A DNA stretch of 64,000 nt, taken from the NCBI GenBank assembly GCA_037308085.1, contig CP147779.1, positions 320,001 through 384,000 of the forward strand. Direction: 5' to 3'. The notes below the pieces were generated by a model. That model saw only the letters and a program-made list of their open reading frames with translations, made no database searches and was not told where the DNA came from. The DNA comes from Promethearchaeati archaeon SRVP18_Atabeyarchaeia-1. GTDB taxonomy: Archaea > Asgardarchaeota > Atabeyarchaeia > Atabeyarchaeales > Atabeyarchaeaceae. Of the stretch, positions 27,425 through 38,117 are shown one piece after another. The position numbers and the translations under genes are program-made. Position 1 is the stretch's first letter. Every line of letters starts with the position of its first letter.

Positions 27425-29854
27425 TCAACTATATTCAACGGTGCTGCTTGCCCCACCCTCACCACGATGTACTATTGCATAGTTGCCGCCAGCCCATCCC
27501 TTGACAGCATCTAAATGGGAGATCAGGATTGTCAAGCCAAAGAGTTTTGTCAGTTCCTGGATTATATCGATGGTTGAGTTCACTCCTTCACCGTCGAGGC
27601 TTCCAAGATCTCCTTCATCGATTACCAGAGTTCTCATCTTTGATAGTCTCTTGCCAGCTTCGGGCAGTTCGCTCAGAACTTTGCTGACTGCAAGTCGGAC
27701 AGCCAACGCAATGCGCACCTTCTCTCCTCCACTGAACCTTTGGACACCGTATCTGCTTTCCCCGTCTTTTACCCAGATATTCAGTCTCCCGTCTTCCTGC
27801 TCCTCTATGGTGATAGCGTCATACCTCCCATCGCTCAGTTGGGCAAGGATGGATGATGCCTCAGAGGCTACTCTAGGCACTATCCTTCTGAGGATTACTG
27901 ATGGTATGCCATCTCGATGGAAGACTGACTCGAGTCTATTGTAGTCTGAGATCTCGTATTCGAGTTCCTTTTGCTTGCTCAGCAAGTCCTTTATAGTTGA
28001 CTTGTAGGACATGATATTCTCAAGGTTAGCCTGTATTTCCTCTCTTCTGCCCTTCAGGCCATCGAGTTCTTTGCTAAGATCAGCAAACTGTTTCTGTGTG
28101 GTTGAAAGTCTTCCTCTTGTATTTTGGTATTCTTCTTTGATGGGTTTTGTGGACTCTAGTTCCTTCTCTAGCCTGCCATACTCTTCCGTGAGAATTCTGT
28201 GCTCCTCTGTCAGCGATTCCACAGTCCTCTCCAGGGTTGAGACGCTCTGCTTGATCTTTGCTAGCTCTTCTCTTGCGCTGATGCCCTCGCCCACCTTCTG
28301 CCTCAACCGATCATATCTGACTGGATCGTAACCAGATTCGGCGAGATAGCCGATTTTGGCACCATATTCTTCAAGACTCTTGTTTGCGTCTCGCAGATTC
28401 ACTGGACCCTTGCCATCGATTTCACCGACCATAAGAGTTTGCTCATTGAGGGAGCTTTGCCTCTCCGACAGAGCCTTGCAGGCTTCAGCGGTCTGTTTCG
28501 TTATGGCGTCGAATTTAACCTCAAATGTTGAGAGCTTTGGAAGTTCAGTAACAAGGTCATCTAGAGTCTCATTCACGATCTTTCTGGTGGTGCTTAGTTT
28601 CTGTCTCTTCTCTACTGCAACCTTCTTCAGTTCTGTCAACTTTCCACGGTCGTGGGTCGCGATCTTCGCGGCTTCGAGATCTCTCTCTAGTCTTCCAAAC
28701 TCTGTCGCGGTTTCTTCAAGTCTATCTATGCTTTCTTTGTGTTTCCTTGTCAGAACCGAAACAGAAGGTCCACTTGATCTCTCGTCATTTTGCCTCGAAA
28801 GAGACTCTTTCTCATTCAATAGTTCTTCCTGTTCCTCCCTTAGTCGGCTGATCGCTTCTTTTTCTTGGTCAAGCCTGATCCTGACGAGTTTCTCTAGGAC
28901 CTCTTTCTGATTTGTCACCTTGACATATTCATCCCGCAATGCCGACATCGATTCGTATTCTTTCCTTAGTCGTTCTGCCTCGTTCGCCTTCTCCACGTAG
29001 TTGCCAAGTTGTTCTTGAGATTTTGACAATGCAGATCTGTTATCGAGTAATTTTGATTGAGTGTCCTTTACTCTTACTTCCACGAGCTTAGATTTGGTTT
29101 CAGCTACTATGAATTTGTTGACATTGTTTTCGAGTTCAGAGACGCTCAGTTCCAGTGCGTGAAGTGAGGTCTCAGTTTCAGCTTTCTTTTTCTCTGTTTC
29201 CTTGATCAATGGGTCAAGTTCCTTGCGTTTGTCGAGCCAGTTCTTCTCCTGAGCTAGGAATTCCTCTTTCGCCTCAAGGCTCCTGTTTATTTCTGCCAGC
29301 TTCGTCTCAGCCTCGACCCGGCCTTCTTTTGTCTTTTGCAGAGCTTCTTCATATATTCCCAGCCTGAATAGCGATATGAAAATGTCTTTTCTCCGTGACG
29401 GGTCCTCTGCGATTAGTCGCTTCATCTCCTCTTGTCTAATGATTGTGCTATTGACGAATCCTTCGTAGTCTAGACCGATGCGCTCAGTGAGAAAACGCTC
29501 AGCATCCTTGACCTTCAAGTCAAGACGTCTCTTGTTGACTGACACGTCGAGAAAAGTAGCCTTTCTTGTAGTGTTGTAAGTTCTCTTGACATTATAGATG
29601 TCTCCACCCAGTTCAAATTCGATCTCAACGTAACACTCTTTCGAGCCAACTCTGACTAGGTCTTCCTGCTTGTAGCCTTTGAAGTCAGTCACAGATGTTC
29701 GCCCGTATATGCACCATGTTAATGCATCGATGACTAGTGTTGATTTTCCTGCGCCGTTCGCGCCCACAACTGTGACCGATTCCAGGCCGCGGAGGTTGAG
29801 TTCTGCTTCTTTGAAGCATCTGAAGTTGTGCACACGAATTGTAAGAAGTCTCAC
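27425..29854 (-). CDS. rad50: Rad50 (SbcC-like) ATPase
   Basis: GANGAGKS, Q-loop, long coiled coil, FSGGE, IDEG..GSLD, ISH; downstream of mre11. Confidence 0.9.
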   Translation of the reverse strand: MRLLTIRVHNFRCFKEAELNLRGLESVTVVGANGAGKSTLVIDALTWCIYGRTSVTDFKGYKQEDLVRVGSKECYVEIEFELGGDIYNVKRTYNTTRKATFLDVSVNKRRLDLKVKDAERFLTERIGLDYEGFVNSTIIRQEEMKRLIAEDPSRRKDIFISLFRLGIYEEALQKTKEGRVEAETKLAEINRSLEAKEEFLAQEKNWLDKRKELDPLIKETEKKKAETETSLHALELSVSELENNVNKFIVAETKSKLVEVRVKDTQSKLLDNRSALSKSQEQLGNYVEKANEAERLRKEYESMSALRDEYVKVTNQKEVLEKLVRIRLDQEKEAISRLREEQEELLNEKESLSRQNDERSSGPSVSVLTRKHKESIDRLEETATEFGRLERDLEAAKIATHDRGKLTELKKVAVEKRQKLSTTRKIVNETLDDLVTELPKLSTFEVKFDAITKQTAEACKALSERQSSLNEQTLMVGEIDGKGPVNLRDANKSLEEYGAKIGYLAESGYDPVRYDRLRQKVGEGISAREELAKIKQSVSTLERTVESLTEEHRILTEEYGRLEKELESTKPIKEEYQNTRGRLSTTQKQFADLSKELDGLKGRREEIQANLENIMSYKSTIKDLLSKQKELEYEISDYNRLESVFHRDGIPSVILRRIVPRVASEASSILAQLSDGRYDAITIEEQEDGRLNIWVKDGESRYGVQRFSGGEKVRIALAVRLAVSKVLSELPEAGKRLSKMRTLVIDEGDLGSLDGEGVNSTIDIIQELTKLFGLTILISHLDAVKGWAGGNYAIVHRGEGGASSTVEYS

Positions 29855-31167
29855 TGAGCGTCACCACTCTTCTCAAGCACATCCTCGAGGATCTTCTCTC
29901 CAAGCTTTATTACTCGTTTCTTCTCGTCCTCGCTTGCCTTCTTCATTGCGTCCACATATCTGACCAGTTCTTCACTTGGCTTCAGGAAGATTTCACCTGC
30001 TTCCAAGCCAGGGTGAACCTCTTCCTTACTCAACTCATAATCGAGTTCCCAGTGAAAGGCATTCTTCAATAATGCATTGATAGTATCTTGTCTTAGGTTC
30101 AAGTTGGTTTTCAATTCTGCTGTAGCATTACGTATAAGAATTCTGATTATCGCCTCTTTCTCTTCTCCCTTAGCCGTCAGCTGCCCCAAAGTCTTCAGAA
30201 AATCAGCTAACGGATCTCTTCCGTTCTTGTCTGTCCGTTTTTCTGGAACTAGAAACTCAAACACTTTCATTGGGCGAGTCGGAACCTTAACGAATTCCGC
30301 TCCAAATTGATCGGATCCGGACGTGTCAAGAAGAATAAAGCCCTTGTCTTCGTCGTATTCGTTGAAGCTGGTTCTTTCCGTGCTTCCGCTGTAGAAAGCC
30401 ATCCCCCCTTGGGAAGGCTGGCTCACGCGTTGATGCTTGTGGACATGCCCACAGGCAACATAATTGAAATCTCTCATGGGGATTGCTGTTCTTGGAAGAA
30501 CAATGTCGTTGATCACGTGTTCAGTGTGACCTACGTCTGTCCCCTCAATCATGTAATGCATCATCAGAATTGACTTCCTATGTCCCCTGCTCTTAGCTAT
30601 GCCAGCCATGTCGTTTAGAGTCTTCGAAATTGCGTCTACAATGATAGTGTGCCTGTCAGAGATCGTCAACTCTCTTTCAGGCACCTTCAGGTCAATGCGA
30701 TTCTTTGCGTAATCGAACCATCTAGATGGGGGTAGATAGGGGAACGCGTAAATGTCGACCTCATCTGAACTTCCGTTTGCTCTCAGCGCCAAGGGTTCGG
30801 CAGAGGGTCTATGGTAAACACTAACAGAGTCAATATGCTCTAAGAGTTGGAGTGGAGAGGCTGAACCCAGCAACCTAGGAGTATCGTGGTTTCCTCCGAT
30901 TATGACTACCTTGGTTCCCTTCCGGGTTAATTCCGTGAGTGAGTCCAGCACGTCTTTTCTTACTTTGTTGACCGGATCGATCCTGTCAAATATGTCTCCG
31001 CACATTAGAACAGCGTCAACGTGTTCCTTAGCGGCAAATTCCATAACAGAAAGAAATGACTTGGTAAAGTCTTCAGCCCTGATTCGAATCCCGGTTGATG
31101 GATCGATCTTGCTGTACGCTTTTGGGAATATACCGAGGTGCATATCTGAAACATGAATGAGCCGCAT
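29851..31167 (-). CDS. mre11: Mre11 nuclease
   Basis: SDMHLG, GDIFD, GNHD, GHVH, YSGS.E..SF.E. Confidence 0.92.
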   Translation of the reverse strand: MRLIHVSDMHLGIFPKAYSKIDPSTGIRIRAEDFTKSFLSVMEFAAKEHVDAVLMCGDIFDRIDPVNKVRKDVLDSLTELTRKGTKVVIIGGNHDTPRLLGSASPLQLLEHIDSVSVYHRPSAEPLALRANGSSDEVDIYAFPYLPPSRWFDYAKNRIDLKVPERELTISDRHTIIVDAISKTLNDMAGIAKSRGHRKSILMMHYMIEGTDVGHTEHVINDIVLPRTAIPMRDFNYVACGHVHKHQRVSQPSQGGMAFYSGSTERTSFNEYDEDKGFILLDTSGSDQFGAEFVKVPTRPMKVFEFLVPEKRTDKNGRDPLADFLKTLGQLTAKGEEKEAIIRILIRNATAELKTNLNLRQDTINALLKNAFHWELDYELSKEEVHPGLEAGEIFLKPSEELVRYVDAMKKASEDEKKRVIKLGEKILEDVLEKSGDAQ

Positions 31168-31218
31168 ATGTCAAAGGTAGCCTCCGTAATGCGGAAAATC
31201 CTAACCACAATATGAGAT

Positions 31219-32955
31219 CTATAGGCGCTCCGAAACTTCCTTAAGTCTCTTCTTGCTCTCATCAACTGAAGAGGAATCCTTGCCGCTGTCCGTTCCTCCA
31301 TGTCCAGGCTCGTTCTTCCGCGTTTTCATCGGGCTCCATATATCTTTTAGAGATTCATCGTAGTTGCCAACCTTGAATACTGTGTGATTTGGAAAGGCGT
31401 ACCCAAAACCCAGGCACTCCTGTCTTCCGATCCTTGCAAGAACGTTTCTCCACTTAGCAGGTTGCTCGCTCCCACTTAATGCTGCATCGATGTCTCTCTC
31501 CTCTCCCAAGTGAAACAGAAACCTCGTGGGCATTTGACTTATAACCTCATCGTAAATCGCTGATGGGCGCTGATCCACGACGCAGAGCGTGAGCTTGAAC
31601 TTTCTCATCTCGCGAGCGATCTTGCCGAAGACGCTTCTCCTAGAGAGTTCCGGCGACAGGAACTTGTGCCCTTCTTCCACCATGATCTTGGTAGGTTGAT
31701 ACACATCGGGATTAGAAGTGAACTTTTCATAAAGACGGCGAGTGATCATGTTAGAAACCATGACATACGTTCCAACATCCATACCATACTTGCCAAAATC
31801 CAGTACGACACTCTTGCCGGATTTCAGGTAGTTTAATATGTTCTTGACGCTGTCGATCTCGGTTTTCTCCTTAACGAAACTGAGACGCACGATCCTAGCA
31901 TGAATCCTCCTCTGAATTGCAGCCAAAGTTCCCCGGGGGATGTTGCCTGGCGTAGCTTTGCCCTTCTCATCGGTTTGACCTCCAGTCATGGCTAGTAGTT
32001 CATCGAGATCGTAATTGACCAACGCATCAAGCCAATTCTCCTTGATGTACCTTCGGCAGATCAAGTCCAGCGAGTCCTTCATTGTTTCAGTCAGATCCTC
32101 AAAGCTTATCTCCAGGTCCTCAGGTTCGAAAGACGAGTAAGGTACTTCGAATGTTTCGTCATACTCCTTGGAGGATGCTGGGTCAAGAGTCATGTAGACG
32201 ACTCTGTCTTTGAAGAAGTGCTTGAGACCGGGGGAGCCGTCAGCTCTACTCCTCCAACCATACTCTGACTGCATGTCGAAGGCCAAAATGCATCCTTGCT
32301 CCGAATCAACGACACACCCAGCTAGTAGCTTTGCTAGCCGGGTCTTGCCGTAGCCAGTTACCCCGGCAATCATGGCTGACAGTTCCATGAATTTCCCTAT
32401 ATCAAGAGGCAACAACGAGTCTGTGCCAAGTAGAGTTCCGATTGAATATCTGATCTTTCTTTCAATTGGTCCATAAACTAGACTTATGTCTTTCGAGTTT
32501 GCGCGATGGACCTCTGAAAAGTGCTTCGGAACGGTCACGGGCGGGGATATTTCAGAAGTCATCTTGTTGACCATTGACACTGGATTGGCGCTGATGTACG
32601 AGAAGAATATTGAGCCGTATGGGTACTCGAAGGCTTCAAACGAAGAAGCTGCGGCATTGCCACTTTTCCTAGTCGCCGCCTCTCTGAACCCGGCGATTCG
32701 GTCAACCAGACCTTGGTCAGTTGAAGATAGCACAATGTCATTGATTATTGAAAAGAAATCGTATCTCTCCCCTTCGCAGACAACAGGGATCCCTATTTTC
32801 AGGTCCTCAGGTGAGACATTGTCATTGAGTCGGATCAAGAGTCCTTCAGTTGTGCTAGCCCCAACTACCCTACCAATACCATAATCAGACTCGTTTGGAG
32901 CATCTACATTCCTTCTTCTGTTGTTGCCGCCTGACGAGGGCATCGTATTACTCAT
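31219..32955 (-). CDS. herA: HerA helicase/translocase
   Basis: HAS barrel, GVTGYGKT, FDMQSEY, EEGHKF, AREMRKF, QRPS. Confidence 0.9.
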   Translation of the reverse strand: MSNTMPSSGGNNRRRNVDAPNESDYGIGRVVGASTTEGLLIRLNDNVSPEDLKIGIPVVCEGERYDFFSIINDIVLSSTDQGLVDRIAGFREAATRKSGNAAASSFEAFEYPYGSIFFSYISANPVSMVNKMTSEISPPVTVPKHFSEVHRANSKDISLVYGPIERKIRYSIGTLLGTDSLLPLDIGKFMELSAMIAGVTGYGKTRLAKLLAGCVVDSEQGCILAFDMQSEYGWRSRADGSPGLKHFFKDRVVYMTLDPASSKEYDETFEVPYSSFEPEDLEISFEDLTETMKDSLDLICRRYIKENWLDALVNYDLDELLAMTGGQTDEKGKATPGNIPRGTLAAIQRRIHARIVRLSFVKEKTEIDSVKNILNYLKSGKSVVLDFGKYGMDVGTYVMVSNMITRRLYEKFTSNPDVYQPTKIMVEEGHKFLSPELSRRSVFGKIAREMRKFKLTLCVVDQRPSAIYDEVISQMPTRFLFHLGEERDIDAALSGSEQPAKWRNVLARIGRQECLGFGYAFPNHTVFKVGNYDESLKDIWSPMKTRKNEPGHGGTDSGKDSSSVDESKKRLKEVSERL

Positions 32956-33024
32956 TTAGACAATCCCCCATATTTCTTCCCTAAACCTTTGTCTGAAATC
33001 TGAATACCGTTAGACAAATCTAGG

Positions 33025-34233
33025 TTATGTTTTTACCGAACCTCTAACCAGCTGGGATCCTTTCCCTTTCCTTGAAATCCCGTCGAGTTGCGTGTGGAAA
33101 TCACTTCTAGTGGTTCCATAGATGGATGCCAGGTATGAAAGCGCTTCCTGATATGTAAAACCACTCCGTATTGCTGCCTGTAGGCAAATCGATTGAAGAG
33201 CAGGAAACATGTGCCTTAGCGTGACGGCAAGTTGGTGAGCTTCTGCGGACGGAAAAGGGTAGCCAAGACAAAGTTCATTTGACGTATAGTAGGCGATGCT
33301 CTTGATAATGCTTTCAGTGCTATGGCACCACGCCTTGGGGTTTACGGTTTTCTCATTGATGTCTATCCTGAACGGTTGGACAGCCAGGGGGTGCAACTTG
33401 GCATATCTCAATTTTACGTCCCCTGGAACCTCAATATACCAACAACCCTCGAGATTCTTCTTTCTTGCGATTTTTTCTGCATAGATCTCGTCGCGATACA
33501 TGCTGTTAAAGGAGGATTTTGAGGTGCCTTTCACAATGCCTACGAATGCGCTGGAATTACTAAAGCAGTTTCTAGCCGTGGCATCAATGTGTTCCTTGAA
33601 TGGAGCTTCACTTCTTCTGGCCAGGCCACCGTCGATGGCGATAATCGTGTTGCTGTGAACACTCGAGACCTTATCAGCCATCTCGAACTCCTTTGCTACC
33701 ATATACAGCTCGGCGGCAAAATCAGTTCTGTCCTTATTGACATATGAACGAGATGCTGTCTCACTCGACGAGTCCGGTTTGAGTTCAGCGTTTTTCCCAT
33801 GCCTTTCATCATTGTCGGGGGCGGTAATCCCCTTAGTCGTCTCCTCACCTGTCTCTATATCTATAAGGGATGAGGAAGATGAGGTGATGTGGAGGATTTG
33901 CCTCATGGTTCTGTCATCTATGTAGTCGGTGACAGATTCATCAAAGCTCAGAAGCGCTACTCGGTCATCACACACTTGGTTGATTATCTTGAAATCATTA
34001 CCGTAGGTTATCGCGGCGACTCTGACAGCGACAACTGATGTCGCCCCTAATCTCCAGAGAAAAATAAATGATCCATCGATGGCGGTGAAACTACTAGCCT
34101 GACTCGTTTCGGGGAACTCAAATTGGTTATACTGTATCTTCTCGATATCCTCTGTCATTCTGTCCTCTTGGCCAGCCATTGCAGTCTTAATCTTTCCAAA
34201 AATATCCACCAAACTCTCGACGTCTATGGGCAT
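33025..34233 (-). CDS. nurA: NurA 5'-3' nuclease
   Basis: AIDGS, AIDG, VGIVK, GYP.P..EAH; first gene of the herA-mre11-rad50 operon. Confidence 0.85.
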   Translation of the reverse strand: MPIDVESLVDIFGKIKTAMAGQEDRMTEDIEKIQYNQFEFPETSQASSFTAIDGSFIFLWRLGATSVVAVRVAAITYGNDFKIINQVCDDRVALLSFDESVTDYIDDRTMRQILHITSSSSSLIDIETGEETTKGITAPDNDERHGKNAELKPDSSSETASRSYVNKDRTDFAAELYMVAKEFEMADKVSSVHSNTIIAIDGGLARRSEAPFKEHIDATARNCFSNSSAFVGIVKGTSKSSFNSMYRDEIYAEKIARKKNLEGCWYIEVPGDVKLRYAKLHPLAVQPFRIDINEKTVNPKAWCHSTESIIKSIAYYTSNELCLGYPFPSAEAHQLAVTLRHMFPALQSICLQAAIRSGFTYQEALSYLASIYGTTRSDFHTQLDGISRKGKGSQLVRGSVKT

Positions 34234-34414
34234 CTTGTGTTCACCCCAGAAAATACTGGTCCCTTGACCCGTACTTTCAAAGACCAGACAAGCATAGATC
34301 TATGAGATCCTAGGTGGACTGAGATATTTAAGCGTGCCAACCAGGAGATTACTGGATGACAGCGAAAAAGAAGGACGTGATCCGAGGGCAGCTTGCTCGG
34401 TTGGGAATTCTGGT

Positions 34415-35314
34415 TCAGGATTCCTTTGCGATTATCTCAGCTATTCCTCTTGCGACCACATCGATGATCTTTTCCCTATAGGCTGTGTCGATTGCGACTA
34501 GCCCATAGGACTTTACTCCAAGGATAGATTCTATCTCTTGGGGAGACAAGCGATTGGGCAGGTCTTGCTTATTTGCTATGCCGATTAGTGTTGCCTTCGG
34601 CTCAATAGTTTTCACAAGGTTCATAAGGTTCTTTGAACGCTCAACGTTTGTTCTTGAGGAATCTGTTACGAGCAAAACCAGCTTGGAGTTTCTCAGGAAG
34701 ATGGGCCAAGTCCTATGATACTGCTCTTGGCCTGCAAGGTCCCATACTCGGATTCTAGCATTCCTGATTAGTATGTCTTCTCTGTCAACGTTAGCGCCGA
34801 TTGTTGGGAAGTATGCTGCCGGCGCTGCAACTCCCTTTAGCAGTTTGAAAATGGTTGTCTTTCCCACCGCACCGTATCCGGCCAGAGTCAGCTTGATGAT
34901 TTGAGTTTCCTCTTCACCAGCCGAAGAGGATTTCCCTGAAGGCGCTTCGATGACGTCAACCTGCCTCTTCAGAACCCTATCGCCAATCTCCTCGAGCGAC
35001 TTATCGTCGGCTGCAATGCTCTTGACCGAGATTACGTCAGAACCGCTTGAACTACCCGAGCTCCCAGCTGATGCAGCATCTGAGGCGACGCGTCTGAAGT
35101 CACTGGGGCCAGTCGACACCCCTGCCTCTGAACCTGCAACCCCCAAACCCTCAATGCCTGATTGAATCTCTTTGAGCTCGGTACCAAGCTTCCTCAATGC
35201 ATCAATAAGTGAATCCACCAGAGCCTCTAATTGACCAGCTATCTTGGTTACGCGAGACATCAGCTTCTTGTCTGTGTTGCTCACTTCTACGAACCCCCAC
35301 CGCTCACTAGGCAC
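34415..35314 (-). CDS. Small Ras/Arf-superfamily GTPase with N-terminal helical extension
   Basis: GYGAVGKT, PTIG, WDLAGQE, NKQD. Confidence 0.9.
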   Translation of the reverse strand: MPSERWGFVEVSNTDKKLMSRVTKIAGQLEALVDSLIDALRKLGTELKEIQSGIEGLGVAGSEAGVSTGPSDFRRVASDAASAGSSGSSSGSDVISVKSIAADDKSLEEIGDRVLKRQVDVIEAPSGKSSSAGEEETQIIKLTLAGYGAVGKTTIFKLLKGVAAPAAYFPTIGANVDREDILIRNARIRVWDLAGQEQYHRTWPIFLRNSKLVLLVTDSSRTNVERSKNLMNLVKTIEPKATLIGIANKQDLPNRLSPQEIESILGVKSYGLVAIDTAYREKIIDVVARGIAEIIAKES

Positions 35315-35488
35315 AGGGTTCCTCTGACCACTGCTTGAATATGCCAGCTACTGTCCAAAAGGCTAGCAGATGGCCCCTTGCCACATACTATTGAACCTAC
35401 CTATATTTATTAGCTTCCCGCCACCATCGCGCGACTTCCTTGTAATGGGCTAACTTCGCAACTTCTGGAAACTAACACTACAAGGTGC

Positions 35489-36388
35489 TCACTGATTGTC
35501 TCCTTGCTTGCTCTCCTTGTCATCTTTCCCAGTCAGGGAATGAGGGTAGGCATAAGTCTTCCACGGAGTCTGGCTTTGAATAAAAAGAAACTCTATTTCT
35601 GGAGCATCTATACCGAGCAGCTGCGCCAAGCGCCGCATGCCTAGTTCTTCTATAGCGTGCTGGTTTGCGTACACGTAGTTCATGCCCAGCTCAATCGACA
35701 GTGTCGCTACGTCCCGAGAAATACTTCCAGCTAGACACGTGTCAACGCCCTTGTTCTTGGAAAGCCGCAATAGATCAGCCACACCGTAGTCTCCGGCCAG
35801 CACCACCACCTTCTTGACTGAGGCGTGTAGGCTACCTGTGTAAGCAACATCGGTCGACCTAAGCCTCTCAACGACTCTTTCGATAAAATCAGATAGTTGG
35901 ACATCGTCGCCATCTTTTCTGCTTTCTTTCTCATGGTGTCCAGTGAAGTTGCAGACCCTGCCAATCGGAGTCTCCTTGCCCTCTTGCTCAAGGTTCAAAG
36001 GCTCGGTGACGGTAAGACCCAAGACATCTGCAAGCGTATCGTTCACCCCGCATTCTGCAGATAACCAGCTAGTATGAACGACATAGAGAAGTAACCTGTT
36101 CTCGATGAGCAGTCTGGCCTTCTCGAACAACTCATCCGTAATAGACGCCGTTGGATTCGACAAGATGCCGTGGTAGCAAAGCAGGATATTGGCTCCTCCA
36201 GAGACTGCCTTGAGAATCACCTGAGGGCCTGCATCAACGGCAATCGCGCACTTTCTAATTCGCGTTTTATCTTGGATCGCTGGGTCACGTGGACCCACCT
36301 GAATGCCGACGAGATCCCCTAGTAGGGCTAGCCTCGGCGGGCAGAATTTCTCGACGCAACTAATGAATTGTCTTAGATTCATGGCCAT
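35489..36388 (-). CDS. Nif3/DUF34 (YbgI)-like protein, divergent
   Basis: P..A..GD.VG.QVG, IAVD, YVVHT..L, GVND.LA..LGL, GR, H..EE. Confidence 0.8.
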   Translation of the reverse strand: MAMNLRQFISCVEKFCPPRLALLGDLVGIQVGPRDPAIQDKTRIRKCAIAVDAGPQVILKAVSGGANILLCYHGILSNPTASITDELFEKARLLIENRLLLYVVHTSWLSAECGVNDTLADVLGLTVTEPLNLEQEGKETPIGRVCNFTGHHEKESRKDGDDVQLSDFIERVVERLRSTDVAYTGSLHASVKKVVVLAGDYGVADLLRLSKNKGVDTCLAGSISRDVATLSIELGMNYVYANQHAIEELGMRRLAQLLGIDAPEIEFLFIQSQTPWKTYAYPHSLTGKDDKESKQGDNQ

Positions 36389-36607
36389 GTGTAGAAGGTA
36401 CCACGCAGATCTTATAATATCACCGTTTGATTCCGGCCTGAAAATCAACCGCAGCAAACAGCTAGGCAAACAACCGCGCGGACCAAGACTGATTGTAGCT
36501 CGCTATTCGGGAAAGAAAGATTTCGGATCATTGGAGAGCAGTCGAGAAGAACTTTGCGAAGGATAATCTATCCTGCTGTCTTCTTCCAACCCGTAATCAG
36601 GTGGAGG

Positions 36608-36749
36608 TGCGGCGCTCGGGATTTTCACCCTGGAGAGCTGGCATTCCAGCATGGGGATTTGAACCCGAGTATCCACCCTCGACCAGCGTTAAAGCCGAGG
36701 TTTGAGGCTTGGAAGGCCTCAGTCCTAGACCAGACTAGACCAGCGCCGC
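36608..36749 (-). tRNA. tRNA-Gly(UCC) with 2 introns (45/46: 36671-36701; 59/60: 36622-36657)
   Basis: After BHB splicing: GCGGCGC..GAGGC CTTCCAA GCCTC AAAC TCGGG TTCAAAT CCCGA GCGCCGC A. Confidence 0.9.
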
Positions 36750-36884
36750 AAAGCTCACAGTTATTGAACTCTCTTCATGTTTTTGCTTCTTAAGTTTTTC
36801 TCTGATCCCTAGATTGTTCGCCCCTATCCTAAAGTTGTGACGCTCTGGTCGATAGCGAAAAGAAAGAACTAAGAAGTAAGTAGA

Positions 36885-37051
36885 TGGTGCGCCGACCGGG
36901 ACTTTCATTCCGCATGGCAGTCCCCATGCCGGTTTTTGAACCCGGGTTGTGCCGACATGCTGATCTTCCTGGGAGATCAGTGTTATCGGCGTGGCAGGCC
37001 AATGTCTTAGACCATTCCAGATCCCTAATTGGTTGACTGGACCATCGGCGC
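36885..37051 (-). tRNA. tRNA-Gly(GCC) with 3 introns (D-loop: 37015-37034; 44/45: 36949-36984; 59/60: 36902-36934), CCA encoded
   Basis: Spliced product folds as a 78-nt cloverleaf with anticodon loop CTGCCAC. Confidence 0.88.
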
Positions 37052-37145
37052 ACGCACTTCCTATTGGAGGAAGAATTCTAGTTAAGAATTATTTAAATGC
37101 TTTGTATCAAAAGTCTATGTGTATCCGTATCGTCCAAAGTAATAA

Positions 37146-38108
37146 GTGATTATCATGGCTGACGCAACTCCGAGGGAGTTGGCCCAGAAGTTCGGCTACT
37201 CTACTTACCTCGTCGAACGGTATGTCGAATTATTCGGTTTGGATAATACCCTAAGGCTTCTCGAAGCTAATGAGATGGGATTGAAGAGATGCATTAGGAT
37301 AAACACACTTCGCGTGCAAACCGACAATCTGCTACAGAGGTTGGAGCGCAAGGGTTTTAAACTTGGGAGAATAGGATGGGTTCCTTATGGTTTTCGCGTT
37401 CTCGAAGAAAGGTTCCCGCTTGGATCGACTCCTGAATTCATGATGGGGTACTACTACGTCCAAGATGCTGCTTCTATGCTTCCCGCTTATGTCCTGGCGC
37501 CTGGGCCAAATGATTGCGTCGTTGATTTGGGCGCGGCCCCTGGTGGCAAAACCACCCAACTTGCGCAGATCATGGGGAACAGGGGAGTCATCGTTGCAGT
37601 CGATCTCAGCCGTGAGAGGATGAAGTCTCTCCGGTCAAACCTTTCAAGGTGTGGGGTTGCCAACGTCATCGCTTACAGAATGGATGGAAAGGATTTGCCA
37701 AGCCTAGATCTGACAATTAACAAGATTCTTCTTGACGCCCCCTGCTCTTGCGATGGCGTAATCCCCGTCGATCCCTCAAGAAAGAAGAGCAGAACCATCG
37801 AGGACATAAAATTCTGTTCTATGATACAGAGAAAACTTGTCGTTAGTGCCATTAGAAGCCTTCAACCTAAGGGAGAGATGGTTTATTCTACTTGCAGCAC
37901 TGCACCTGAGGAGAACGAGTTTATCATTGCAGACGCAATACGTGAATTTGACGTCGAAGTGATGGATACTGGTCTGGACTTCGGAGATGAAGGACTTCGG
38001 GAGGCGTTTGGAGTGAAACTTCCAGACGAGCTACGACTGGCCAGGCGGTTCTATCCACATAAACATGGAGTTGAAGGTTTTTTCCTCTGTAAACTAAGGA
38101 AGAGGTAA
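37146..38108 (+). CDS. NOL1/NOP2/RsmB-family RNA m5C methyltransferase
   Basis: QDAASM, AAPGGKT, LLDAPCS, YSTCS..PEENE. Confidence 0.93.
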   Translation: MIIMADATPRELAQKFGYSTYLVERYVELFGLDNTLRLLEANEMGLKRCIRINTLRVQTDNLLQRLERKGFKLGRIGWVPYGFRVLEERFPLGSTPEFMMGYYYVQDAASMLPAYVLAPGPNDCVVDLGAAPGGKTTQLAQIMGNRGVIVAVDLSRERMKSLRSNLSRCGVANVIAYRMDGKDLPSLDLTINKILLDAPCSCDGVIPVDPSRKKSRTIEDIKFCSMIQRKLVVSAIRSLQPKGEMVYSTCSTAPEENEFIIADAIREFDVEVMDTGLDFGDEGLREAFGVKLPDELRLARRFYPHKHGVEGFFLCKLRKR

Positions 38109-38117
38109 GGCAATAGA

